Position numbers and translations under genes: made by a program
Shown here: positions 53,065 to 63,503 of the stretch, in pieces
How the letters are laid out: each line of letters begins with the position of its first letter
Numbering within the stretch: the first letter of the stretch is position 1
DNA from: Candidatus Nitrosopolaris sp.
GTDB lineage: Archaea > Thermoproteota > Nitrososphaeria > Nitrososphaerales > Nitrososphaeraceae
DNA: 64,000 nt
Assembly: GCA_051985775.1 (NCBI GenBank)
Contig: JBPYDP010000022.1
Location: forward strand, 12,133-76,132
Reading direction: 5' to 3'
Notes under the pieces: generated by a model
Seen by the model: only the letters and a program-made list of their open reading frames with translations
What the model was told of the DNA's origin: nothing
Database searches by the model: none

Positions 53065-53373
53065 ATCTAATTGATTTCACCGTGCATTCATAAAAATGTT
53101 GATCATAAACGCGAAAAGAGAGTGCCTAAGTAGGCCATTTCTGAACAATCAATAACAAAACATTGATCGATGGTCATCGATATCTCCGACATAATTTCTG
53201 GGGGGAATTCAATTCAAACAATTCAAATTCAATTCAAAGAGTAAAGCCTATTAGACCACTGATTTGAAAGTCATAAGGCTTCGTTTATCTAAAGTCAACA
53301 CAGATCTTGGAATTTATTTATCGTCGATTATGTAGATAGGGCTACAGATAGCTGATTCAACAGCAGTCAGGGC

Positions 53374-53958
53374 TCATCTAATCTGATGATCTCTAAGCCA
53401 GATATATAATGGCATTATTGGATGTTTGAAGGGTAGTGCGATTTCATTTTTGCGATTAAAACCCAGCATTATCATCGTTCCTTGAAGGAATGTTCTCATC
53501 TCATTTAGAAATTCGCCTTCTCTAAGTGGGCCATACATCTGAAAGAAATAATCTTGGCGGTAGTGTGAGATATGTTGAGAAAAACAATATGAGAGAATGC
53601 TAGGATCATTCATAATCATATCGGTGCGAAAATTAGTGCTCTCAGCCTGTTCTACTGTGATCTGAAGCTGTCTTTTTAGATATAGATCGCGAATCATATC
53701 AGAATCCAATGCTCTTGGGCTATTAATGTATCCATTTATCTCAAAATTGATTTTTTTGACGGTCTTAGTTGCCATGTCAACTACTTTATTTCTTTCACGC
53801 CCTTCAGCGTCCTCGCACATTAGATACAAAAAGAGGATGCACATAAGTTCATCATGCTTGATGAATGGAAAGATCTGTTTACCTTGTATGAATTCAGCTA
53901 TCCTATACTGTATATCCTCCGGAAGAATTATTTGTACGTGCGAACTTCTTCGCTTCAT
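53374..53958 (-). CDS. hypothetical protein
   Basis: 194-aa ORF, no recognised motif. Confidence 0.65.
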   Translation of the reverse strand: MKRRSSHVQIILPEDIQYRIAEFIQGKQIFPFIKHDELMCILFLYLMCEDAEGRERNKVVDMATKTVKKINFEINGYINSPRALDSDMIRDLYLKRQLQITVEQAESTNFRTDMIMNDPSILSYCFSQHISHYRQDYFFQMYGPLREGEFLNEMRTFLQGTMIMLGFNRKNEIALPFKHPIMPLYIWLRDHQIR

Positions 53959-54310
53959 TTAGATCAGGAACTCCTCTTTCATGACGATTAGTTTATCAAC
54001 AAGATAATTCATCTGCTGTGAATTTGAGACCATTCCGAACTATGATAACTGCGAGCCAATGGAAAATTTGAATTTCGCATAATGTAGGACGTTTCATAGC
54101 CCACTAAACGAAAGTTCACCATTCATAAATTCCTTTGTAGATTTTAGTGTAGGCCTTGGTAACGAGTCTATTTACGGGGCGAATATAGATAGTTGCTAAT
54201 TGGCTATTAATCTGCACGTCTTAGCCAATCGTCGTAATTAATCGAGACCTTTAGTATCTTTTGTTCCTATTATTGTGCTGGTAAGATTCGGTGTCTTAAA
54301 AAAAGTAGTT

Positions 54311-54847
54311 TTAGTGGGCATGTGGCGGCGGTGCACTACCTTTCGAGAGAGATTCATTGAAAGTACCAGAGGCTTTTTCATGGAATTCTAGATTGGATTG
54401 ATCGACTTTAATTGCTTGAGGGGGGCATACAGACACACAAGCCATACACCAAATACAATCGTGTTCCCGGATTGGATCAGCCTTGTCAGTGTAATCCTTT
54501 CTCTCCTCTTTTACAGTACTACCAGTACCACTACTAGTAACACTGGCCATCTCTGTAGGAGGCACATCATTTTCAGTCCGATACCACTGGAATACTTGGA
54601 CAGGACAAGCTTCAATGCAAGCACCATCTGCTACACAGGAGTCCCAATCAACAGCTACCATAGTTCCGTGCACTCCTGCGGGAGTGATCTCTTCTCCACG
54701 TGAGGAAAATGCCGCTTTCACTTCCTCATTTTCGGCGGCCTCAGCCACTTTGCCTGGGCCCCACACGTAATGATAGTGCTCACCGTCAGAATGCATATGT
54801 TTACCAATTACTTTATGATTTCTTGGAAAGTCTGGATCTATTGGCAT
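54311..54847 (-). CDS. dicluster ferredoxin with His-rich N-terminus (zinc-ferredoxin-like)
   Basis: CVADGACIEACP and CIWCMACVSVCP; HxH...H N-terminus. Confidence 0.9.
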   Translation of the reverse strand: MPIDPDFPRNHKVIGKHMHSDGEHYHYVWGPGKVAEAAENEEVKAAFSSRGEEITPAGVHGTMVAVDWDSCVADGACIEACPVQVFQWYRTENDVPPTEMASVTSSGTGSTVKEERKDYTDKADPIREHDCIWCMACVSVCPPQAIKVDQSNLEFHEKASGTFNESLSKGSAPPPHAH

Positions 54848-54859
54848 ATATCTGTCTGT

Positions 54860-54914
54860 TGATCGTGATCTCATATTATATAAACCATATGTGAGCTAAC
54901 CCAGATCACGATCA
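54860..54914. promoter_or_regulatory. 12-bp perfect inverted repeat bracketing the ferredoxin TATA box
   Basis: TGATCGTGATCT-N31-AGATCACGATCA; the spacer holds minus-strand TTTATATAAT. Confidence 0.65.
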
Positions 54915-54954
54915 GTTGCTTTCTAAACTCTACATGTTCGTATTTTTCCCTGAA

Positions 54955-56151
54955 CTAGGAGTTCTCAAATATAACAATTAGCTCATCTCCTTCCAGCTTA
55001 GCTTTGGCAAGTTTCATATTGGAAGTGATAGCTGGCAGTGGTATTGTATTGACCACAAAGCCGGTTGGGTTTCTTACCTTTATTGTGATTTGATCCCCCT
55101 GACGCTCCACATCAAAGTCATCCTTTTTAGTGAATGGGACCTTGATGGTCATCATAAATGAAGATTTTTCTTTTTGAAACTTGTATGGATCTCCCTTGTA
55201 AAAAATCTCTGCTGGATCGTTATTTCCGAAAAGCACGTGAGAGTTTGTGCGCAACATTTCCAATCCTCTTAGCTCCTTGTCATATAGTTTAACTTCCCTT
55301 ACAGGTAGGGGGTAGAAACTTGTTTTAGCATTTTCTATCTTTAATCTCTGGGAGTCAGCCCAGCTTGAGAAATAAGGGTCGGGGCTCCCGGTAGGCATGA
55401 TCTTGTTAATTATCACAAGATCAACGCTCATGCCGTAAAGACTGGCGGACATGAAGGTTCTTTTTGCATTTTCTACGCTAAAGGTGTCAGGATTGATCAC
55501 TAGTCGGATCGTAGTTTGAGTCCGGTCTACCATCAATCTACTGAGCTTGCCCAATCTGTCTAGTAGGTCTAGCTCATTTTCTAGGACGGTTTGTGGCAGC
55601 CCCGAAGCCTTTGCAAATGGTTGCAATATCCGAGTGAATCCACTGAAGACTCCAGCCAAATTGCTTAGTTTTCGGCCAACACTACCAACGATTTTAGGAA
55701 GAAAAAGGTATCTCAAAGCCTCTCCAGATGCTGCCATATCGAGAACTATTGTATCAAACGCATTTGTGCGGGCAACTTCTTCAATCTTTAGCAGAGAGAA
55801 CAACTGAGTCATCCCAGGCAACATTGCCAGCTCGTATGCCAATGTTTCGTCTAAACCTTTTGTATGAAGCAAGGAAGCGGTATAGGAGAGAATGCTTGAA
55901 TACTGCTTATTCATCTCTACCAGCGGATCGATTTGAACTGCTTGTAAATTAGGAATAATCTCCTTTGGTTCAGTGCCAAGATCGGGCTTCATCAGCGCAT
56001 CCGTTAGAGTATGAGCAGGATCCGACGATAGCAGCAGCGTATGGGAGCCCTTTTCTGCAGCCAATAATGCTGTAGAACATGCATTTACCGTTTTACCAGT
56101 TCCACCTTTGCCTGTATAAATTATTAACCGCATACTTTCACGCAAAGCCAA
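54955..56151 (-). CDS. ArsA/GET3-family ATPase with HSP20-like C-terminal domain
   Basis: GKGGTGKT, SSDPAH, PG..LF; beta-rich C-terminal tail. Confidence 0.87.
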   Translation of the reverse strand: MALRESMRLIIYTGKGGTGKTVNACSTALLAAEKGSHTLLLSSDPAHTLTDALMKPDLGTEPKEIIPNLQAVQIDPLVEMNKQYSSILSYTASLLHTKGLDETLAYELAMLPGMTQLFSLLKIEEVARTNAFDTIVLDMAASGEALRYLFLPKIVGSVGRKLSNLAGVFSGFTRILQPFAKASGLPQTVLENELDLLDRLGKLSRLMVDRTQTTIRLVINPDTFSVENAKRTFMSASLYGMSVDLVIINKIMPTGSPDPYFSSWADSQRLKIENAKTSFYPLPVREVKLYDKELRGLEMLRTNSHVLFGNNDPAEIFYKGDPYKFQKEKSSFMMTIKVPFTKKDDFDVERQGDQITIKVRNPTGFVVNTIPLPAITSNMKLAKAKLEGDELIVIFENS

Positions 56152-56181
56152 ATAATAAAATAAAAAGGGTGTACGGTGATT

Positions 56182-57282
56182 TCAAATTTCCTTTTTGATG
56201 AGGTCTGCAATTTGTTCTATGTCTTCTTCTGCGAGACGGGGATGAACGGGTAAAGAAAGCACGTGCGATGCTGCCCAATCAGTATTGGGAAGATTTACTA
56301 AGCCAACATTTCTATAATACGGAGTGTTGTGAACTGGTGGATTATAGTATACAGTTGCTCCGATTCCTTCACGAACAAGCGCCTGTTGGATCCTGTTGCG
56401 AGTGCTTTCCTTCTCAAAGGCAACTGTGTACAAGTACCAATTATATTTTTTCCTCTGACTCTCGAAGGGAATGTTGACCTTGCTCTCAAAAGGCAAAAGC
56501 AGCTCAGTTAATGTTTTTGAATTTTTTTTTCGGAGGCTGAGCAGCTTTGGTAGTCTTTTCATTTGCACTGATGCAACAGCTGCACTCAATTCGGGGAGCC
56601 TCAAGTTTAGACCTAGCCTCCTGGTGTCATTACCTTCTATCATACCATGATTCCTAATCATCTTTACTTTAGCTGCCAGCTTTTCATCTTTAGTTGATAC
56701 TGCACCACCTTCACCTGATGTCAAGACCTTACTTGCATAAAAGCTAAAACAGCCAATTTTTCCGATTGTTCCAGTTTCCACTTTATCATACACGGAGCCG
56801 AGTGATTGGCAAGCATCTTCAATTATATTCAACGAATCTGCTGCTGCAATCTCAGCAATTTCTTCCATATCTGCTGGATGGCCGTAAAGGTGCACAGGTA
56901 GGACGGCTTTCGATTTCTCCGTGATCTTGGCCTTTAAATCCGATATGTCTAGAGTGTAATCTATCTTATTTATATCCACAAACACAGGTTTAGCCCCGGC
57001 TGCCACAATTGAATTTGCCGTTGCGACAAACGTGAATGAAGGCAAAAGTACCTCATCACCTGGACCAATCCCGAGGCAAAGCAAAGCAGCATACAGTGCT
57101 GCAGTCCCGGAGTTTACGCTCACTACATTATCGATGTTAAGAAAACGCTCCAAAAGTCCTTCTAAAATCTGAACTCGTTTTCCTCCGTCGTTTGATGCTG
57201 ACGTAAATGCATTCTCTTCAAGCACTCTTATCACTTCAAGCTTTTCTTCCTCGCCAATCCACGGTTGGTTAATGGGTATCAT
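56182..57282 (-). CDS. DegT/DnrJ/EryC1/StrS PLP aminotransferase
   Basis: NSGTAAL, VHLYG, EDACQ, SFYASK, GEGG, LSLP. Confidence 0.92.
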   Translation of the reverse strand: MIPINQPWIGEEEKLEVIRVLEENAFTSASNDGGKRVQILEGLLERFLNIDNVVSVNSGTAALYAALLCLGIGPGDEVLLPSFTFVATANSIVAAGAKPVFVDINKIDYTLDISDLKAKITEKSKAVLPVHLYGHPADMEEIAEIAAADSLNIIEDACQSLGSVYDKVETGTIGKIGCFSFYASKVLTSGEGGAVSTKDEKLAAKVKMIRNHGMIEGNDTRRLGLNLRLPELSAAVASVQMKRLPKLLSLRKKNSKTLTELLLPFESKVNIPFESQRKKYNWYLYTVAFEKESTRNRIQQALVREGIGATVYYNPPVHNTPYYRNVGLVNLPNTDWAASHVLSLPVHPRLAEEDIEQIADLIKKEI

Positions 57283-57713
57283 AAATCGATATATCCAATT
57301 GAATTGTTCGTGAATGTATATATGTTATCGATAAGATCCGCAGTTCATTCTGCATCTCATTTTTGAGAGTGTTGCGTTTGCTGTTCCCATGCCTTCATTA
57401 AATGGCCTTTCTCCACAAAAAAATTCACTATGGCTCGCCGTAGTAGTGTTTACCGCTATGGTTCATTCAATCACGCAAGGAAGTTGCCACCTTTACGAAT
57501 AGATTAATAGATATTAACTTTATCAATAGAACTGGATGTCTTTCCTAAAATACAGACTCCTCAGAATCCGCAAGTATACTGGCAATAAAGTGTACCTAAC
57601 TGTTCGCTATCTTTTGTTTTTGTATCTAAAATTCAAGGTCAGGCTCGGCTGGTATTAGCATGATCTTAAATTATACATTTCCTTCTTACTACGAACAAAG
57701 TTGAGTTTGAAGA

Positions 57714-59246
57714 CTATTGGGGCTCAATAGTAGAGGGTGGTTTACTAGAAATGGCATAAGTAACCCAAGATACACCTTCTACTTCGTTGGTGATTCTATC
57801 ACTTAATCTTCTTAATAATTCATATGGCAATCTAGACCAATCTGCTGTCATGGCATCAATCGACTCGACAATTCTTATTATTACAATGCGGCCGTAGATT
57901 CTTCGGTCTCCCACAACGCCTACTGCTCTATCATCTCCGACCGAGGCAAAGGCCTGCCATATATCGTGATATAGACCAGATACGACTAGTTCTTCTTCAA
58001 CAATCATGCTAGCGTGTCTAACTATGCGTATTTTTTCGCAAGTTACTTCTCCAATAATCCTGACGGCTAACCCTGGACCTGGGAACGGGTGCCTTTGGAT
58101 TAAATCACTCGGAATTCCCAAAATCCTTGCAACGCTTCTAACCTCATCCTTGTATAATGTCCTCAATGGCTCAATTGTCTTTAATCGAAGCCATTTCGGC
58201 AGGCCTCCGACGTTGTGGTGACTTTTGATGGCCGAGGCAGGGCCTTTCGAGACTCCACTTTCAATCACATCTGGATACAACGTACCTTGAGCAAGCCATT
58301 GAAATGGTCCTCTTTCTTTCACAACACTCATAAACACCCTCGCAAATTCTTCGCCAACAACCTTTCGCTTCATTTCTGGATCACTCACTCCCGTTAGGTT
58401 TTGAAGAAACTGATTTTCTGCGTTCACATGTATCACTCTGGTATGCAGATGGTTCTCGAACAACCGGCTAACCAAAGTTGATTCACCCTCACGAAGCAGT
58501 CCGTGATCGACAAATACGCAAGTCAGATTTTGGCCTATTGCTTTATCCAAAAGTACGGCAACGGTAGTAGAGTCAATGCCTCCACTCAAAGCACATAATA
58601 CCTTTTCATTTCCGACTTTTTCTCTAATCTCTTTTATTGCCGTTTCTGTGAAACTCTTCATATCCCAGGAAGGTCTTGCCTTGCTTATCTTTTGAGCGAA
58701 GTTTTTTAAAATTTCTATTCCGTGTTCTGTGTGGACAACCTCAGGATGAAATTGGATTCCGTACAATCTTTTTTCTCGATTCGCTATTGCTGCAGAGAAT
58801 GAATTTTCAGTATGCCCCAGTATTTCAAATCCTCTTGGAAGCATTTCAGCTGCATCGCCATGGCTCATCCAACACTTTAACCTGTCTGCCATGCCATTGA
58901 ATAGATCATTGTTGTTGTCTACGATCAGATCAGCATGTCCGTACTCTCTATGGTTGGATTTTCTCACTTTTCCTCCAAAATGATCCACAATAAGCTGGTG
59001 CCCATAACAAATTCCCAAAATTGGGATTCCCAATTGGAAGATCTTTTGGTCTGGTTTGGGCGAATCCTTGGAATAGACACTTGAAGGTCCACCAGAAAAA
59101 ATGATCCCTTTTGGACGCATTTTTCTTATCTCTTCTACAGGAGCGTTATACGGCAATAATTCACAGTAGATATTGGTGTCGCGAATTCTTCTGCAAATTA
59201 AGTTGCTATATTGGGATCCGAAGTCGAGTACGATAATTTTGTCCAA
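57714..59246 (-). CDS. guaA: GMP synthase (glutamine-hydrolysing)
   Basis: LDFGSQY, GICYG, QFHPE, SGGIDS, KSHHN, KPPSTIE; TTG at 59246 preferred. Confidence 0.96.
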   Translation of the reverse strand: MDKIIVLDFGSQYSNLICRRIRDTNIYCELLPYNAPVEEIRKMRPKGIIFSGGPSSVYSKDSPKPDQKIFQLGIPILGICYGHQLIVDHFGGKVRKSNHREYGHADLIVDNNNDLFNGMADRLKCWMSHGDAAEMLPRGFEILGHTENSFSAAIANREKRLYGIQFHPEVVHTEHGIEILKNFAQKISKARPSWDMKSFTETAIKEIREKVGNEKVLCALSGGIDSTTVAVLLDKAIGQNLTCVFVDHGLLREGESTLVSRLFENHLHTRVIHVNAENQFLQNLTGVSDPEMKRKVVGEEFARVFMSVVKERGPFQWLAQGTLYPDVIESGVSKGPASAIKSHHNVGGLPKWLRLKTIEPLRTLYKDEVRSVARILGIPSDLIQRHPFPGPGLAVRIIGEVTCEKIRIVRHASMIVEEELVVSGLYHDIWQAFASVGDDRAVGVVGDRRIYGRIVIIRIVESIDAMTADWSRLPYELLRRLSDRITNEVEGVSWVTYAISSKPPSTIEPQ

Positions 59247-59248
59247 AT

Positions 59249-59938
59249 TTAATATTGGCCTTGCCTTTCCACCATTCTTGTTAGTACCCAAGTGCATGTG
59301 TTGAATATCTCGTTAACTCGATCTCTCCCTCGATAATTATTAATCACAATTCGCTTTATGTGAGATTCGTCATCCGTATCGATTTGATAGCTTAAACAAT
59401 CGGATTCCAATAATTCGCCCTTGTTCGCTCTTTCTAAATCTCTCGATCTCATTCCTTCCAGTATTCTATTCTGGAAAAATGACTTGAATGGTTGAATATC
59501 TGCGCTCAACACTATCCCTTCCGCAGGTGTTATTTCTACGCAGGTAGAAGAGATTGAGGCCGTACAGAGTAGGACATTATCTTTGATGCGTCGAAGTTGC
59601 TTAGTTTCTGAAAATCTTTCTAAGGCCCCGGTTTGTAGGTCGTTTTTGCGCACTACCTTACTCAATTCAAAATCTCGACTGCCATCCTCTGGAATTAAGT
59701 TTGCCTCATGGTGATCTGGATTCAAAGACGCCTCGTCCGAAAATTTCTTGGAAGGTATCGTTGATAAATTTCCAAGGCTAGCGGCGGTTTTAAAACTGCT
59801 TCGTTTTAACATCATATCTATTAATAGCAACATGGTGCGTAGCCGCTCAATTTCTTCTTGTTTGTCAGCTACTTGTTTCGTGAGCCATTCTCGGATATCG
59901 GCAGCACGTTTAACATCCTCTTCAGAATAGTTCGACAT
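59249..59938 (-). CDS. hypothetical protein with N-terminal coiled coil
   Basis: Long ORF abutting guaA; ATG at 59938 preferred. Confidence 0.7.
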   Translation of the reverse strand: MSNYSEEDVKRAADIREWLTKQVADKQEEIERLRTMLLLIDMMLKRSSFKTAASLGNLSTIPSKKFSDEASLNPDHHEANLIPEDGSRDFELSKVVRKNDLQTGALERFSETKQLRRIKDNVLLCTASISSTCVEITPAEGIVLSADIQPFKSFFQNRILEGMRSRDLERANKGELLESDCLSYQIDTDDESHIKRIVINNYRGRDRVNEIFNTCTWVLTRMVERQGQY

Positions 59939-60549
59939 TGCAGGCAATTTGATGCATAAGATATAATAGGTTTTCACATCATTGTTGCCGTGGCCTGCCC
60001 TACCTGCCGGATAGCTCAATTAATCTCTTGATTTCGACTGTTCAAATGCTTTCTTCGACAATTCTTACGATAAATCACCTAATTGGGGTAAAAGTAATTA
60101 TAAACAATGCCGCCATCTCAATGATTCGATTAGATTATAGTTTAGATAGCTTCAGATAGATTCTAGTAAGGTGTTCGATATTCATGATTATTAGATCAAT
60201 CTAAAAGTTGATTTGACTAGTTGTCTGAAAATGGGTGTAATTTCTGGCTCACAGCTGCCGACTGACGTGTGTTCAATTAGAGAACGTGTATCCAATGAGA
60301 GAACATGTATCAAACTCACCTTATTTTGATGATACGTTAATCCTGAAAGCATGAGCGATCTAAAGTTTCATGAACTTAGACTGCAAATGAAATAGAAAAA
60401 GAGGGAAGCACTTAAGCAATATTGCCATTAAGTGAAGAATGAAGAACTTGATTCCTTGAGGATAATCTAGTCATTCGCATGAATTCAAAAACATTGCCCT
60501 CACCTATCTCAAAATATTCTTTGCAGGATTGCATATTAGTCAAGGTGAG

Positions 60550-61287
60550 CTACACATCAGAGTTGATGTAAGTGAAACCCCTGATGGGCCTAGGCGACGT
60601 ATCGAACAAACGGGAACCCGATCGCCTTGCAAGCATTTCAAGAAGTCGCTTACCAGCCTTGAGCTTCGCTTTCTTTAGTTCGACATTAGTTATAAGATCC
60701 TTTGAATTCTGTCCGATCCGACTACCGAATTCCATACCTACAAGAATAATTTCTTTGGCCCTAAGCTCATCTGCCATGAAAACACAACGATCGCCATCCG
60801 TAAAGCCCCCGAAATTAAGAACGCCTTCAACAGGCATTACTTGTGTGGTGCCCAACACCCGTTTAAATTTTGGCACGATATTTCTTAGAGCTTCAATATT
60901 ATCTGAGTGGCTGTGAACTACCATTAAAGCTCCTGCCTTCTCAGCCTTTTTTAAGACCATAGCATCGCCGTCTAGATCAGTGACAACGATATCTGGCTTA
61001 ATGTGATTTTCAATAAGTGTCCGAGTTGCACCATTCGCTGCTATTTTTAGGAAGGTTCTGTTTTTCTTTATGTACTTTACCTTTGAATTTAGGCTATCGC
61101 CAGCACCAACAACAAGTGCGGTCTTACCAGTTATTTTCTTTTGCAACACGTTTACGCTGAGTGCCTTTCGTTTTATCAAATTGGACAAGATACTTGCAGC
61201 TAATTGATCTTTTTCTGTGCTAAATCCAAATTCTTGTCTAATTACTTGATAATAAGGAAACCATTCTGAGAATCTCATATTTAGCAT
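60550..61287 (-). CDS. mptE: 6-hydroxymethyl-7,8-dihydropterin pyrophosphokinase (MptE-like)
   Basis: VVTDLDG, VHSHSDN, NFGGFTDGDR. Confidence 0.87.
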   Translation of the reverse strand: MLNMRFSEWFPYYQVIRQEFGFSTEKDQLAASILSNLIKRKALSVNVLQKKITGKTALVVGAGDSLNSKVKYIKKNRTFLKIAANGATRTLIENHIKPDIVVTDLDGDAMVLKKAEKAGALMVVHSHSDNIEALRNIVPKFKRVLGTTQVMPVEGVLNFGGFTDGDRCVFMADELRAKEIILVGMEFGSRIGQNSKDLITNVELKKAKLKAGKRLLEMLARRSGSRLFDTSPRPIRGFTYINSDV

Positions 61288-61565
61288 TCATATAAGTTAC
61301 TAATAGGTTGTTTGTTGATGCCAATGTGTAAATCCTAGATTCCCCTACAATTATACAAGACCAGAGGTGTGTAAACTGGGAATACAACTGGTTGAAAAAT
61401 CTCGAGCTTGCGATTTGCTAACACAGCAGGCATATTAAGTCAAGGACATTTGCATACCCCTCGGGCCGACAAGATCGCTTGTTTGAATTTCTCCAGGATC
61501 TGAGATAATAATCGCCTAATGGATCGTACAATAAATTATTATATCTATTTGGCTGGATCATCCCT

Positions 61566-62165
61566 ATGCATGTAAAAAGGATGACAGGGTCTCCAACATT
61601 GCCTGGCGATAGTATTGCTTCCATCGAGGAGTTTGACGCCGGGAAAAATGTTTACGTCTTAGATGGCACTCTAAGATCGAACGCAGTAGGAACCAGGATC
61701 TATGATTTCAAGAAGCGTACAGCTAGGGCAGAGAAAATTAACTCTCCATCACTCCCAAAAATTGGTGACATTGTTGTGGGCTTCATCGAAATGCTTTTTG
61801 GGAGCATGATGTCCGTGAGAATCCTTTATATTAATGGCAAAAAGTCAATATCCGGATTCTCTGCGATAGCTTCGGCAAGAGTAGGATCTTCAGGACGTGA
61901 ACGTGAAAGAAGAGGGCGACCAATTTTCCGGGTAGGCGATATAATAAGAGGGCGTGTGATCAGCTTGTTAAATTCATCAATACATATAGCCATAGATGAC
62001 ATGGAACTTGGGGTACTCTATACACTTTGCTTCAACTGCAGCGGAGATACAGTACGAGTTCACACCAATGGTATAAAGTGCGTGGAATGCGGTGCGGGCG
62101 AAGATAGAAAACTGACAGACGATTATGGAAAAAACACGATAATGGCGATACATGGAGGTAGTTAG
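61566..62165 (+). CDS. csl4: exosome RNA-binding subunit Csl4
   Basis: LPGD..EEF, S1 domain, CxxC...CxxCG..E.RK. Confidence 0.92.
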   Translation: MHVKRMTGSPTLPGDSIASIEEFDAGKNVYVLDGTLRSNAVGTRIYDFKKRTARAEKINSPSLPKIGDIVVGFIEMLFGSMMSVRILYINGKKSISGFSAIASARVGSSGRERERRGRPIFRVGDIIRGRVISLLNSSIHIAIDDMELGVLYTLCFNCSGDTVRVHTNGIKCVECGAGEDRKLTDDYGKNTIMAIHGGS

Positions 62166-63021
62166 GTCGGACAACACGTTGGACAAAGTTGCTTTCCAAG
62201 GTGAGCCAGGCGCCTATAGTGAAATAGCAACACTTGAACGCTTTCGAAACTCAGGCCTTGTGCCAATGAGAACTCTCCAAGATGTGTTCAATGGCTTGGA
62301 AAGGGGTGCGGTAAAATGTGGGGTTGTTCCCATCGAGAATTCGACCGAAGGAAGTGTCAACGAAACATATGATCTACTGCTTCATACAAATTTTATTGTC
62401 TCCGGTGAGATCTATCTTAGAATAATACATTGTCTAATCAGCAATAAGGGAGAAAGGCGAGAAGAAATAAAGTCTGTTTATTCACACCCACAAGCACTTG
62501 CCCAGTGCAGGAATTATATACAAAAAAGAGGATTGTTGACAAACGAGGCTTACGACACAGCCGGTGCTGTAAAATTGATCAGACAGCAAAAAAACATGAA
62601 TGTGGCCGCTATTGCTAGCAGGAGAGCAGCGGAGTTGTACGATATGGAGATCTTAGAGGAAGGTATCGAGGATAGCAAAAATAATTTTACTAGATTTCTA
62701 ATTATATCACAGGTGCAAACTGAACCCACTGGCCACGATGGTACATCTCTCATATTTTCAGTCGATCATGCGCCTGGTGCTTTATATGGTATTCTGGAAG
62801 AATTCGCGATTCGAAAGATCAACCTGACGAAAATCGAATCTCGGCCTAAGAAGCAAACACCTTGGGAGTATTTTTTTTATGTAGATTTTGAAGGTCATGT
62901 TAAGAATAAGCTCGTTATGGAGGCCATAGAAGCAATTAGGCAAAAGGCTGCCTTTATCAAGATCTTAGGCTCATATGGCAAAGCAAGCAATTTTATATTT
63001 CAGGATAATCCGGTTGTTTAA
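62152..63021 (+). CDS. pheA: prephenate dehydratase
   Basis: GEPGAYSE, PIENSTEG, SHPQALAQC, TRF, IESRP. Confidence 0.95.
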   Translation: MEVVRSDNTLDKVAFQGEPGAYSEIATLERFRNSGLVPMRTLQDVFNGLERGAVKCGVVPIENSTEGSVNETYDLLLHTNFIVSGEIYLRIIHCLISNKGERREEIKSVYSHPQALAQCRNYIQKRGLLTNEAYDTAGAVKLIRQQKNMNVAAIASRRAAELYDMEILEEGIEDSKNNFTRFLIISQVQTEPTGHDGTSLIFSVDHAPGALYGILEEFAIRKINLTKIESRPKKQTPWEYFFYVDFEGHVKNKLVMEAIEAIRQKAAFIKILGSYGKASNFIFQDNPVV

Positions 63022-63215
63022 TTAAATCGTTTTGAATCACTAGGCGCTGAGGGTCGCTAGCGAGCTAGTTCCTCAAATGCCAAGATATCTTTGGCTTAGG
63101 AAACCCTCCGAACACCCAATTGAATAAAGAAAAAACGTTAAACCATTCCGATATCAATATTGTTTCACCTTCAATTATCACAAGATTTAAAGGGTGGGAA
63201 ATTAGATTTTAGACG

Positions 63216-63503
63216 ATGCCAAAAAAACGAGCTAGCAGAGGAAGAACCAAAGGTGGGAAAGGCAGCTCAAGTACAGTTCACTGCAGTCAATGTGGTGCGA
63301 TGGTGCCAAGAGACAAGGCAAAAAAGGTCACAGGTCGAATCACCTTGGTTGAACCAACCCTTGCGAAGGAGCTCAGATCACAAGGAGCATACATTGCACC
63401 TTCTACGGATGTGAAATTTTATTGTGTCTCTTGTGCTGTTCATAGGGGCATAGTTAAAGTAAGATCGGAACTGGATCGACGAACTGGCGGTAGACTACGT
63501 TAA
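63216..63503 (+). CDS. rps26e: 30S ribosomal protein S26e
   Basis: MPKKRASRGR...C..CG..VPRDKAKK...YCVSCAVH. Confidence 0.97.
   Translation: MPKKRASRGRTKGGKGSSSTVHCSQCGAMVPRDKAKKVTGRITLVEPTLAKELRSQGAYIAPSTDVKFYCVSCAVHRGIVKVRSELDRRTGGRLR

Noticed and set aside
53206-53238. AATTC(A) repeats as a CRISPR or iteron array
   Set aside because: Short degenerate microsatellite with no spacers and no cas genes.
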